Shown here: in pieces, positions 27,801 to 42,800 of the stretch
How positions within the stretch are numbered: the first letter of the stretch is position 1
Layout: each line of letters begins with the position of its first letter
From: Bugula neritina
Taxonomy: Eukaryota > Animalia > Bryozoa
Direction: 5' to 3'
NCBI GenBank assembly: GCA_964035545.1
Contig: OZ037771.1
Span: 7,597,190-7,661,189, forward strand
DNA: 64,000 nt
Notes under the pieces: model-generated
Seen by the model: only the letters and a program-made list of their open reading frames with translations
Databases searched by the model: none
What the model was told of the DNA's origin: nothing
Position numbers and translations under genes: made by a program

Positions 27801-30800
27801 TTGTCTCTGATTGAATACACTGGAGTATCTCCTGTATATGAATATAACACAACACACACAGTATACAAACTCAGTGTGAGAGAGTCTATTCTATGAACAG
27901 GACTGACCAGCTCTAATAAACATACACTTCTATACAGTACAGAGAGAATACAAGTAAAGACAACTCCTGAGACTACATCCATATATTCAGTGTGAGTGTT
28001 GGGAGAAGAGAGAATTATTTCCTTCAGTAATTGCAGCTCAGACACAGAATGAAGCAAACATACAAACATAGGGGGAGGGGGGGGGGAGTGCGACCCAACC
28101 ATCTGTCAACATCATCTTGCAGAACAAATGCAATCAAAATATAGAGACAAGCAAGCATGTTTTTCCCCGTCTCATACTAGCCTTTAGAAAGTTAGCTCTG
28201 TGAAGCAAACGTTAGCCCAAAAGCTAAGAGTTTGCATTTCCCTAACTTAATAACTGATTCAATAGACAAGTCTACAGGCTATTATAACAGTGAAGTGAGA
28301 CATTAACCACTAATAACTAGTCACACTACGTGATAAGAAGAGGGAGACAACTACAAGTAAATAGAAATATACCTCAGCTGTGAGATCCTTCTGCTTCACA
28401 ACCTCAAATCCCATCTTCCTGAACAGAGCAAATGTGTTGTCAACATCATAACTAGAGCCAAGTCTCTCTCCTCCATTTCTATACTTGTTGTTGTTTATAA
28501 TCAGAGCTCTTCCTCTGAATGGACTCGTCATCTTGTATATCTGTAGATACAGACTATGTGATTAGTTTAGTACTTACTGGGTACATTCTATATGGAGAAT
28601 ACAATACTGAATAGAACACAATTGACCTGTTCATATTATATTATAAGCAACTGAAGAGTAAAAAATCATCCATGAGTAGACTAATATGGTTTCGGGCATA
28701 TTGTGTGGCTTCTGCTAACCAGAACAGTACTAGGAAAATTGAAAGTATAACCTAGCAGTTTGTTTCATAGAATAGTAACCCATCATTCACACTTAACGCA
28801 CAGTAGGCTGTAACAACAAATATCAGCCATTTTTACAAATGTCTGAACTTCCTGTATGGCGTTGCGGTACGTAATCAATCACAAACAAGCACTGCTTAAT
28901 TCAAAAATGTTGGGCGCACTTCTATTGGACAGAAAAATTTTTGCGTCAACGCATTGCATATAATTGTCCAATGAGGTGTCATAAACCATACTTAATAGCA
29001 GATTTTGAAAACTTCAGCCCGAACACATCAAAAATGGCTGATATTGTACGCTATGGGTGACGGTACAGTAAGCGTGAATGAGGGGTAAATCAATCACAAG
29101 ACTGTTGAAGGAAGGTTATTTCAAAATCACAGTAAAGTTGTTAATATATAGTGCTAGAAATAAGGTGACATATTTTTGCAATTAAGACAGCTGGTAAGTA
29201 GTTGACCAGATGAGAGTGGAAAGAAGAGCCAAGGCTATACAGAGACAATAGAGAGGAGAGCCAAGGCTATACAGAGACGGAGAGGAGAACCAAGGCTATA
29301 CAGAGATAACAAAGAGGAGAGCCAAGGCTATACAGAGGTAAAGAGGAGAGCCAAGGTTATACAGAGATAACAGAGAAGAGAGCCAAGGCTATACAGAGAT
29401 AATAGAGAGGAGAGCCAAGGCTATACAGAGATAACAGAGAGGAGAGCCAAGGCTATACAGAGATAACAAAGAGAAGAGCCAAGGCTATACAGAGATAACA
29501 GAGAGGAGAGCCAAGGCTATACAGAGATAACAGAGAAGAGAACCAAGGCTATAGAGTATTCAACATGACATACAAACCTTTGAAGTGTTGATGAAGAGAG
29601 ACTTGATACTCTGATTAGTAGTAGGAACTAGTGTCAACTTGGTAAGATCTTCTGAAGTGGAGGTATTACTTTCTTCTTCATCCGAAACATCACTCAGTAC
29701 ATCATCAGTACCAACAGTATGAGTAGCAGCTCCACTGTGTCCAATATTATCTACATGTACAGGAAACATCACATAAACAGCTCACAGAAATGTAATGAAA
29801 CCAACAACCTGCAGGAACAACTTCAACTGTCAATAACAAACATGGAGAATCAGAAAGGAAGAAAGTTATTCCTAATCAATTCACTAGGAGTAAGTTTAAT
29901 TCAAGATACCTGGTGGCTTGTAGTTGGTCTTCACAAAATCACTCAGTTTCTGCAGCTCATCTCCAGAAAGCTGGAAAGCTGCAATAGAAGTATGAATTAT
30001 GGAGGTTGCTATTACTTGAACAGTACATCACCATCTGAATATGCTATAAATAACCTAAGAGAAGATAATCATACTAACTCGGGTGTAAGAAACAAGCTGG
30101 GACATCTCTGTATGTTCCACATCTACCAGGTGATAAATCTGAAATCATGGGAAGGGATTCACCATCTTTTGGAGGTCGACACCAGGGTGGGTTAATGAAC
30201 CTCTTTGGACGCTTTTCTCCAACCAATGGGCAGTGAGCACACAAGTTGACACAGGTGATTTTACTTGCTCTCCATGTGGAGTTGACGTACTTTACGGTTG
30301 AATGAACTGAAGTGGTCAACATCTTCCAAGCATTGCCTATCTGTCGACAAGCAGACGTTACAGAGATAGTGAGTTTACGAGATTTGTGGTCATGCAGCAA
30401 CTGCAGGGTGTAAGCTTCGTCTCTCAGCTCCACTCCATTCTTTCTTACAGCTTTTTCACCACAAGCCGGGAGATCATTGAGAAGTTTCACAGAAATCTGG
30501 TGGTAAACGTACTGAGGGGGAGTCAAGCCACCAAACACCATGTCTACAGACAGCTTTACAGGTTGCCTCCTGGAGGCAGTCAAGTCGGTGAAATACTCCT
30601 GTGAGAAGTATGGCATAGTGTAACTTAGTCTCCGGGATGAATCCTTCATCTCGAATAACAACTGGAAAGATTGCAGCAATGCGACTGCCACCTTCATCTT
30701 GTCACTCGTAGAGAAGCTGGTCTCTGCTATCAGAAGATGCTGAAACAGCTGCTCACTCATCCTGCCAGTTCGAACAAACTCTTGAGCCAAATTATTAAAC

Positions 30801-33800
30801 TCCGTTTCATTTTCTATCAACGGATTGTCAAGTGAATCCTCTTCAATCGCTGACCGTCGATTGCTCCACACTTCCATCTCGTGAGTGAAGAACACGTGGA
30901 GCAGCTTTGTGACCACAGAGATGTCGTAGAATACCAGAGACTGCAAATTCTCCCTATCCTGGTACCAAATGAGATGGCCGCTGTTATGCATGTACGAGAG
31001 AATCACTCTCAGCTGGTCTTCACTTGCCAACTCGCATTCAATGACATGTTGAAGCACTTCTGGAAATGTCTTGTAACTTCCATGGAATGAGTTGAATGTT
31101 TGAGCAACTTTTCTCCACAGAGTAGGCACCTTCTTCACGACTAGTTTACTGTCAGCTATGATATGACTTCTCAGCTGATCAAACACCTCTTCATATTCAT
31201 CACCCACAACATATATATCTTGTTTTTGAAACATCTCTTGGCACTGAAAAAGAGAAACTTGTGCAAAAGAGCTGGAATAATTCTCTTTAGAATTTTCTTC
31301 TAGTTGTATCAAATTGAATACACTTTTGGTGTGGAAAAAGAACAGCCTTTCTAGCTCTTCAAATCCATCTGCACTGTAAGCATCTCGGTGAGTGAAAACC
31401 AGTTTGGGTGCTCTGAGTCTAGGATTCGCCAGGTACAGATGTGAGAGCCAATCAAAATATGTGCATCGAACTGCTTCATTACCATTCACCTCTAAACAAA
31501 GCTCTTCAAACTCCTTTAGATTCACAACCACAATAGGAATACAGTTCTGTTTCAATGTGAACTGGTAGGTAGATTGGTAGATTTCATTACCACCAAAATC
31601 TATGAACTGAAGAACATTGCCACCAACCACTAACTTTTCCATATTGAAGACACGAGTTGTTTCATCTTCCACTGCATCAGCCGCTCTATTGGTTAGTTCC
31701 CGTTTGCCATCTGATCTCACCAGCGTTTTTGCTAGGCTGGTTTTGCCAGACAGCGATCTACCCACTAGAGCGACTGTAGCTTCAGAAACTTCTACATGAC
31801 CACCAGACTTAAGATCTTTATAATACTTTCTGATAGCCGGTAGTCCGTCTATACACACAGCATAAGCTGGAAATGTGAGTGATTCACAGTCGTTGCATTT
31901 CAGTTCAGTCAGATTAGGCATGTTGAGAAGTTGAGGAGTTAAAGATGTCATCCGATAGTTGAATGACACGTTCAGGTGTTGGAGATTCTTGAGTTGACCA
32001 ACACTACCAAGTAAGTATACAGTATAACTTTATTATTATTCTATATCAAATGTATTATGCTTAAAAGTAAAACTTGATTAAATACATAATAGTTAGTATC
32101 TAACATAGCCTGGGAGAAAAATAGTGTTTGACAGCAAAACTGTGGCAAATGACTAGAACACAGGCCAAACTGTAAAGATAGACTATAATGATTATTTGAC
32201 TTAACAGTACAACCATTACAGTGGAAAATTGAATATTGATCCAAAATTTGCAGATTTTATTAAATTTCAAAACTTTGGATCTACTATAATACAATTGCAA
32301 TATATGGAAATTGTATTATTGCAAAATTATTACAGCCATTCGTAAATGTTTTGACACCTGCATATGCTTTTTGCAGCTTTGATAAATGGCAAAACAGAAT
32401 TTTCAATCTCCTAATAATTCAAATGATTTAAAGTTTTGTTTTGTTTTGTTTTCTTTATTTCCATCAAAAAAAAACAAAAGGACAAAAAAATACAAATATA
32501 CAACAGTAACACAAAAAGAGCTAAATTCAATTTATATATAATATCAATCGAAGTCAAGATGGGGGCCCATGTGCTCAGTAGCATAGCTATTCAAGGAGCG
32601 GGGCCCAAGTGGCAGTTGAAAAAATAGTGGGAACTATTAATTCAGATTAAGTTAAAGATTTTAGTAGGTGCTTTTTCAACAATATTTTAAATGTGGCAGA
32701 GCTTTGATGATGTCTTAAAGTCAGAGGTAGCTTATTCCAATTGCTAGACATCTGGTAGGACACTTGACGATGACCTGCTGCGGAGGTAGAGAGAGGTAAG
32801 GGTAAGGAAAGTTCAGAATGTCTGGTGAGGTAAGTTGGTGGTTGTTTGGTGTGAGATGGAGTATAATAAGCTGAATGACCAAGAAGACATAGGCGGTAGA
32901 TATACAAGAGATCAATAGGAAGAATTTCTGCTTTGATAAATAGAGGTGACGTGTGTTCAGTAGGTGATTTGTGGAAAATAATGCGAATAATGCGTTTTTG
33001 AATTAAAAGCAACTTGTTCAGATGGGTTTTAGGGGCATTTCCCCAGGCTTCTAAGCAATATGTAAGTTTGCTGTTTATCAGACTGTTATATAATAAAATC
33101 AAAGCTTTGTATGGTAAAAACTTTGAAGCTAAGTATATCATACCAGCTACTTTGTTGAGCTGAGCCCTTAAATAATTTATATGAGCACACCAGTTTAAGT
33201 TAATGTCAATGACTACACCTAAAAATTTTATTTCTGAGCTAGGTGAGAGAGGTATATTGTCAATATGGATGGTACTGTTAAATACAAAATTCTTTTGGTA
33301 GTTTTTAACAATGATATAGTTTGTTTTCGTTAAGTTTAGAGTTAGTTTGTTTGCAATGCACCAGTTATTAACTTTATTTAGTGAGGAGTTTATATTTCCA
33401 AAATCAGCATTTAAATCTTTGCTCTTCCAAAAAAGATTCGTGTCGTCGGCAAACAGAATAGTATCAAATAAAGGACAATGGGTAGCTAAATCATTTATGT
33501 ACAGCAGAAAGAGCACAGGGCACAAGATAGAGCCCTGGGGAACTCCACAGGTGATATGCAAGGAATTGGATATACTGTTCTCTATTATAACATGCTGTGT
33601 TCGATTGGTCAAGTAGTTTTGGATTAAACTTATGGAGTGAGAATCAAAATTGTAATCTCGTAGTTTCTGTAGCAAAATATTGTGGTTGATTGTATCGAAT
33701 GCTTTTGAGAAATCAATGAAAATACCCAATATTACTAATGAGTCATTAAGTGCTTTGAAGGATTGGTCTGAAAACTTAAACAGTGCGTCTTGTGCACCCT

Positions 33801-36800
33801 TCTTCTGTTGGAAGCCAAATTGAGAAACCGACAAAATTTTGTGTAGGTTTAAATGTTCATTTAATTGGTTGCAGATTATTTTTTCAAGTATTTTAGAGTA
33901 AACTGGAAGTATTGAGATAGGCCGATAATTACTACATAAAAGTTTGTCACCTTTATTTTTGTAAAATGGCAAAATCTTGGCTACTTTCAGTTCATTAGGA
34001 ATGACACCTGATTTAATTATCAAGTTTATAATGTGTGAGAGGCTGACAAAGGTAAGTTGCACTTTGTTTAACTAGCCTCGCTGGGATCAAGTCTAAGCCT
34101 TCTGATTTAATTTCATTCAAATTTTTTATTTCAGTTAAAACTCTGTTTTTGTCTACCAGCTGAAAATAAAATGAAGGACAATCTTTGGCATTGACTGGGA
34201 TCTCAGGAACACTTGGTATTTTATCGGCTAAGTTCTTTCCAATGTTAGTGAAATAATTGTTTATATAGTTTGCTATTTCTGTATGGTGGATAATGATTTC
34301 TGAGTCAGCTTTTAGCTTTACTGGGAAGCTTGGAGAGGTTGATTTTCTTCCACAAGCATTGTTGATTGTAATCCTAAACTGTTGCATATGGTCTTGTATG
34401 TTGTCTACTAATCTAACTAAATATGTTTAAATAATAACTGAATACATTAAAATGGATAAACTATATTTGCTCCAAGGAGCTGTTGAGCTGAAGTAAATTT
34501 TCAAGTGGTTTTTACCTATTTAGATTAATTTTTGCCTCCAAACCATTGTACGTTCAAGGCAAAGTACTGTATTGTGAATGAATGTTTACAAAGTTTCAAC
34601 CTGGGAACAAACATTGTGCAACCCAGAATGAAACTGTATTACAGACTGAGTAAGCAGCAATGACATAATATACCTCGCAATTCCACTATTTCTCTAAACT
34701 CGAACTTCACTTCTTTATGGTGAGTGGTGGAAGACAAAATTTTAGTAGACAGCAGCTATCAAACTAAGAAGTACTAAAAGAAAGAAGTAATTGGGTTTGG
34801 TTTTGCAGCATTACAGGAAACTGGGGAGTGATTTATGGAATGTCATGACATTGGTGATTTCATACTTAAAATTGGCTCATGAACATTGGCAAGACTTGGT
34901 AAAATAAAAGTTTTTGATGGGTAAATTCAAGCTGCCAGCTGCGTGGAGATTATGCAAAAAAAATAACTTTAGAGAAAGTAGAAAAAAGGTACTTTCTACC
35001 ATACTTTCCTTGTAAAAGAGAGAAAGTTCAATGTTTCAGTGGCCCATGCAAAAGTTAAAACATATTTATAGACAATACAAAGAAGAGTGGTCACCTTTGG
35101 TCACCTTTCACCGCCGTGGTCCTGCTGGTGGCGGGTAATACAAAGAAGAGTAGCTGAGAAAAAACCAACTGACATGGTCAATTTAGCTAGAACTGTCATC
35201 AATGCAGGTACAGGATGTGAGATAAACCACAAAATCAGCTGTGCTAGTGGAGAATATGTCAGCCTACTGCCTAGCAGTCATTGGTGCTAATAGTTACTCA
35301 CTCACACTGAAACACTGATATGTTATGTGCAAGAATCTTTTCACACACAAAAACATCTCATTGTACAATCTTCTTCATTTTGCTAACCAACTAAAGAGAA
35401 AATTTCAAATCCTACGTAAATATGTTTCAGTGCAAAAATTGATGGCAAAAAGCTTTTCAGCATTTTTCTATTGATAAGCTTATGCTATACAACAAATAAC
35501 AATGATCTAGAGTTGTAGCTCAGCCAATAAGTTGCGTTTCATATATATATTTAAATATTTTAAGCATGTAAAAATTCAAAAATTGCAAACAAAGAAGTAA
35601 ACTGGTAAACAATTTGGGGGTGTCAAAGCTTTTACGAATGGCTGTATATTATATTGCAAGCTACAATCAGATTTATTCAAACTTAGTAATATTTATAGTT
35701 TATATAAAATAGATGATCATATATGATATCTTATATGTTTACATAATGGTAGAACATATATAACTAATATAACTCACCTGTCAGGTAATGTATGTAAGTC
35801 ACACTTCATTAGATATAACTCTGTAAGTGACTCCATCTTTGGTATCACCTCAGGTAATGTTCCTAACTCATTAAGAGACACAACTAATGTGTGTAGATGT
35901 GTGAGTTGAGAGAGACTGTAATATACATACAATAAACCATGACTATAATTACACAAGTTACAGGAATATTATGTTAAACATACTGTGAGTTTATTCTGAA
36001 CTGTTGCTTTGCAAGTATGGATTGCCAGTTAACTGTGTGCAGTAAGGATAGCCAAAATAGAATGGGCAGTTTCAACATGTGGCAAATATATAGAAAGAGT
36101 CCTGGTGTCCCAATGCTGACATCCTGTAGTTTGTAATGGAAAGTAAAAAGTATTCAAAAGACGGAAAACCTCTAGGTGTGGTGACGATGAGGAGAAGGGA
36201 AAGATCACAGAAAAAGTATACGGAGAGAAGAAAAAACAGACGACAAATAAAATTGTAACAGCCAAAGATAAGGCATATGGGACAGTCTATGAATACCTAC
36301 AAGAGATCGAAGCAAAGAACCTATACACCTATATACCCATAAGAACCTGTATATACCTAGATACAAGTTGGCCAAAACAAGAAAAAGACGATTATTGGAT
36401 ATTAATAGAATGAAATTGTGACTATAATCCATCAGAATGGTGACAGCATAAATGAGAATGTTGAGACACATCTTTAGGGTAATTTATGAGGAGCATATGG
36501 ACAATGATGTGATTAGATAACAGGTTGGGGTGAAATGAATGTCTATAAACATGAGGAAAAACATCTGCAGTGGTATTGTGATGTTTGCAGCAAAGATGGT
36601 GATATTAGCTTCAACTCCAATGCATAAGAATCAATGGTATAATGGATATGAAGAATCTGACAAATGGAAACATACAATATAATCCAACAAGAAATGAGGG
36701 TGGTCTAGGCCAGTGGCTCTCAACCTTTTTCCTACTATTCCCCCATTTAATAAATGTTGACTACCGTATTAATCCCTCCCCCCTTTCATAAAGCAAAAAA

Positions 36801-39800
36801 AGTTTCATGACTGACATGATGATAATATAGGATACAATACAATATAGTTTGTTCTATTAAAATATAATTATAATAGTAGTTATATTATCGTTATTATTAT
36901 GTTATGCATGTATAGAACAAGGAGCAGTTCAATTTATAATGATTCTTTTGTGCCAGCTTGCATAAGTCTGCATTGCTGTTTTTGGCCATGCCCATCTTAA
37001 TTCACTCTGCAGATTAGGGCTTTTTCTCTTCTCTTTGAACTAATGAGAATCCTACCTCACTTGGAAAGATGGCGCTGGGTGGCACCAAAATTCTACTTTG
37101 TCAGCTATGTGTGAGGAGAGTTTGCTTGTTAAAACCCAAAATGGTTTTAGGTGAAAATGGCACAAATGGAGAAGTAGGTAAGACTGGCACACTGATGGTA
37201 AATTTTCCCAAACCCCAACTCCGGCCATCAAAATTGAACCCCAAACCAAAACCTCCAACTTGTATTCAAGCCCAAAACCCTCACCTCAACTCCCACCCCC
37301 AAACTGCAAACCGCTCACCTCAATATTGAAAATGTGCCATTTTTACACACCTTTTAATTTTTGCCATTATTACCTGTGCCTTTTATACCAGACACCACCC
37401 ACAATACATCAATTCAAGAAGAATTCAAATCAACCTTCATTGCTGAATTGTAAACCAACTCAATGAAATCCTCTTGTAATTCTTCTGGATTCTTTTAACA
37501 GAACTTTGCAATAGATCACATGTCAAGCTAAGAATCTAGCTTTTTCTTTTTGAGAGTTAGCTCAGAAAAATACCGTTAAAACTCCAATAAAAGTTCAGGA
37601 AGATCCGCAGAAGTTTTTTGGAGAAAGAACCTGGAACAGGTGGTGTTCGGTAAAAATGGCACAGGTAGTAGTGGCACAGGTAGTAGTGAAACAAATGGAA
37701 AATTGGGTAAAAATGGTACATTTTCAATATTAAAGTTAAAGATTTGGGGTTGGGGGTTCAAGATGGAGGGTTTCGGGTTCAGCATGGGGGGTTTGAGAAA
37801 ATTTAACACTAGTGGGCCAGTTTTACTTAAAATCAAAACAGGTTCTTTTCCTAAAATAGTTCATGGAGTTGGGGAAAGACACCATATTTTTGATAGACGC
37901 CACAACTTTAGTGTAACTTTGAAAACATTGATGCTGCAATGCAGAACAATGATAAGATTATTGCACTGCTGTATTTTTAGGTTCAGATTATTTAGTGTAG
38001 CAAATATATTCACTAGGTATGACACTTGTATTATGTATGTATGGTAATTTATAGAGATTGGCTTGCTTAAAATTGACCTATTGGTTTTTGCAAACTTTTT
38101 GACATCGATTCAAAGTAGTTCAGAGAGCAGTCAGGGTAGAGTAATTAATAAACACTTTCATGTTGAAGTAAACTGAGCTTACAGAATATAGTTTGGTTAA
38201 ATAGATTAACTAAGATGAAGGTTTATAGATATGCATGTACATGTAACATGCAAGAGCTCAAAAAAGCCTTCAATAAACTGCGTGAATTTCTTAAAATCTA
38301 AATCCCCCCTAAAAAACCCAAACTCCCCTCTAGGGGAGAATTCCCTCCAGGCTGGGAACCACTGGTTTAGGCGAAAAGGGTGGGAGGTTTGTTTAAGAAT
38401 AATATCCACTTTATCACTGGAGAGTTGGTATGCTGGGACTACTATTATCATTTCTGTTATACTCTATCATATATGTACATAGAATTAGAACACAGAGAGA
38501 ATGTAATATACATACAACCTTGGTGATTAGAGTTTAGACCAAAGTAAATATGGGAAGAAAGTCCTTTTTAAGAGATTAGATGATTCAGTGTAACAAATTG
38601 CTAAATCAATGCTAAAACAATGTTCCAATTGAGAATAATATTCACTTTATTACTAGATAGTTGGTATGCTGGGACTACTAGTATCACTTCTGTTATACTT
38701 TATAATATGTTTACATAATAGTAGAACATATATAACTAATATATCTCACCTGTCTGGTAATGTATGTAAGTCACAGTGCTCTAGATGTAACTCTGTAAGT
38801 GACTCCATCTTTGGTATCACCTCAGGTAATGTTCCTAACTTATTCTCAGAAACATCTAATGTGTGTAGATGTGTGAGTTGGGAGAGACTGTAATATACAT
38901 ACAATATACCATGACTATATTTATACAAGTTACAGGAATATTATATGGTAGATATGCAGTGAATATAATTTATTATTGCCTTGTTAGTATGAATTGGGTA
39001 AGTTATTTGCATTTAAGAATTATATATACTTATTACTAGAAAGTTGGTATGCTGAGACTACTAGTATCAGTTTTATTCTACTCTTTTATATATTTACATA
39101 GAATTAGAACACGGAGAGAATGTAGTATACGTACAAAATTACCAATTAGACCAAAGTCAGTATGGGAAGAAAGTGTTTTTTAAGAGATTAGGTAATTTGG
39201 TGTAACAAATTGCTAAATCAAAAGCAGTTGCAATAATTTTCCTGTAAAGAGAATATTGAAGATGGGTTTTACTCTGTATGACCAGGTTTTGCTGCCAAGG
39301 CAGCCACCTGAGAATTACTGATTACAGAAGGAGAAAAAACCGGAGACAAAACAAGAGAGAATAAATCTTTGTAATTTCAATTCACTTAAACTTGACTCTG
39401 GTGCAAGTAAATTGTGATGCAGTATAAAACTGGCTATAGGTGTGATAGTAGCTGTAGGGCAGGCAATAAAAGGTAGGCCTGAGTAATGAAAAGTCCAACA
39501 ATTACTTTGAGATAATAAGAATAAAGTATTCACAGCCCTGGACTAAGTATAAAGTGATTATAAAAGCTGGAGATACAATTGAGATAATGCTGATAGGTAG
39601 GAAGGGAGATCTTATGTCAGAGTGATTCTAGATTATTACTCATCTGTATAAGTAGTAGGAGGTGGATGGTCCTGGCTCACTCTTCTTCCACCGTCGAGTC
39701 TTCGACTCGCCAGTGTCAGAAGAGTGAGCCAGGACGCATCCACCTCCTACTACTCTATTAGTAATATTATAAAAAGTAGTGTAATATTATAAATTTTATT

Positions 39801-42800
39801 TAAAAAAATTTTTTTAGGGCGGATGGTCCTAGCTCACAATACAATACTATTAGTAAGATAATAAATAGTAATTTACTTACTCCTATTACCACCGTTGAGT
39901 CTTCGACTCGCCAGTGTCAGAAGAGTGAGCCAGGACGCATCCACCTCCTACTACTCTATTAGTTTTTTTTCATTAAGTCTTAAAAAAATTGTACGTTTTA
40001 GGACAGTTTATTATTTTATTGTTCTAGAATTGTACGTTTTTAGGTTAGTTTATTATTTTATTACTGTTAATTTAGAATAAAAAAAAAGCGATTACTCATT
40101 AATACTATTATAATAAAGTTTAAAATATACCCAATGAAAAGGTAATGCCGTATCAGTTATTTCGCTAGCGGGAGTATCAGTTAAAATTACGTTGCTGGGT
40201 TTATGACTCGGATAATCACTCGAAAGAGCTATTGTAAACGAAAAATTATTATTAGCGTTAACGGTTTTATTAATATTTATTTTACTATATGGAACATTAT
40301 GTTCGGCACCGCTAATAGTATAAAATAAATTTTCTTTAGATTCATCAAATGGGTTTACGCTATTACGAATATGTAAACCTATTTTTTTATCAGTCCAATA
40401 TAACGCTTTTGTTTTATTTTTAGTATAATGTTCACCATAAAATTGTATTAACGCGTGCGTTATTTTTATAGGTTTATTTACTAAATAATCGTTAATTAAA
40501 TCTACCGTAAAACTATTAATATTTTCGTAATAATAAAATTTATTATTATTTATAATACCCGAAATAAACGCTTTATTAGTCGTTATATCGACTTTACTAA
40601 ATTTATAAATATTCATTTATAATTATAATAAAGTTTTACTAATACGTAATGAAAAGGTAATGCCGTATTAGTTATTCCGTTATCAGGAGTATCGGTTAAA
40701 ATAACATTACTAGGTTTATGACTAGGATAAGTTTTTGATAATATTATTGATAGTGAAAAGTTTTTATTAGCTTCAATAATTTTATTAACGTTTATTTCGC
40801 TAAACGGAACATTATGTTCAGCACCGCTTATATCATAAGAAAAAAAAATATTTTCAGCGACGTCACTATACTTAAATGTGTTAGCGCTATCTCTAATTTC
40901 TAAGTTTAATCGTTTATCAGTCCAATAAAGTTCTTTAGTATTATGAGCTTGTTCACCGTAAAAATGTACTAATATATTTGTTATTTCAATCGGTTCATCG
41001 ACTAAAAAATCTCTAATTAATATTCCTTCAAAATAATCATCTCTAATATTTTCTATAAAATATGATGGAATTATAATATTTGTAATATACGGTTTTTCAT
41101 TTATTATATTGGCTTTAGCCGAATTTCCAAAAATATATACCGAATTCATTTATAGTTATAATAAAGTTTTACTAATACGTAATGAAAAGGTAATGCCGCA
41201 TCAGTTATTTCGCTAGCGGGAGTGTCGATTAAAATTACGTCACTAGGTTTATGACTAGGATAATTTTTTGATAATGACATTGTTAATTTAAAGTTTTTAT
41301 TAGCTTTAATAATTTTATTAGCGTTTATTTCGCTAAACGGAACATTGTGTTCATTACCGCTTATATTATAAAAAGTATTTTCATTGGATGGATTAAATAA
41401 TTCAGTACTATTTCTAATATGTAAGCCTATTCGCTTATCAGTCCAATAAAGTTTTTTAGTATTATGAGCTTGCTCACCGTAAAATTGTATTAATATATTC
41501 GTTATTTCAATCGGTTCATCGACTAAAAAATCTTTAATTAATGTAGTAGTAAATCCTCCTAAATAATACGTAAATTCTGACGGAATTATAATATTCGTAA
41601 TATACGGTTGTTCATTTATTATATTAGCCGAATTTCCAAAAATATAAACTGAAGTCATTTATATAAGTAATTTATTTATAATTAATTGAGGTGACTCGTG
41701 TTTAGACATTTCTTTAAGCCAATATAAACACAAGTGTCCGCATATAACGGTATTAAATTTTTGTACTCTTTCGGTATTATAAAATATAGGCGGTTTTAAA
41801 TATTTCATTATTTCTAGCGGTGGGTGAAGTCCAAAACTATCGAAATAATATTTTTTATTGTTATTTTTATACCAAGCTACCCAATGAGTACCGTTACCCA
41901 TTAAATCGTCTAAATTTAATATACCGCATTCTTTTTTACGCGGCTTATTGGGTAAATCGTTTCTTGAGAATACTCCTCTAAAATTAGGAATTTTTAATTT
42001 TTTAATAGCAAACTCTAATTCAATATTTGATAAAGCTTTATTCTCTAATTTTATACTCATTTATTATAGCCGTAAGGAACCGTTGTTATACCGTCTTCTA
42101 GTATTATTCTCTTATCATCTTCGGCCGACAGAGCTACTTTATTTATAGTTTCAGCGTACATCGTATGCTTATGACTTCTTAACACGTTTATCGTTCTAAA
42201 TTGATTTCGCCGCGTTAATAAACACTCTTTATAATCATCAAATGTTATGCGATTATCACGAGTTGTTTTATTAATACCCTTACATTTTTTCTCTTCTATA
42301 TCATCCATTTTGTAAGAATATAATTTAGCTCTTAGGCCTACAAATTCTGTAATTTGCTTGCCACCGGCTTCATCCTTAAACTTTCCTATTACTTTTTTAT
42401 TTTTACCGGTTGGTATACCCGATTTATGATTTTTTGGATAATTACTCGTGTCAAATTTATTTTCGATATCCGGTAATATATCTTTATAAAAATCTTCAGT
42501 TTGCACGTGATACATTAAACTATCCGTATCCGTAAATAATAATTGCGCTTTATTATTATATTTATGTTTAATATACTCGTAATGAAAGTCGTACATTAGA
42601 GTTTTACTAATGTCTAAAATTGCGGCTCCCAAATATACGGGTTTATCAAACTTTAATTTAGTTACGTTCATATGAACGGCTATTAAATTTTCGGAAAATA
42701 TAGTGAAGCTTTTAAAGTTTAGTTGATTAGTAAACTTTTTAGCTTCGCTTTCGCTAGTAACCAATTTAACGTTAACTCTATTACGAATATCTTCCATCGT

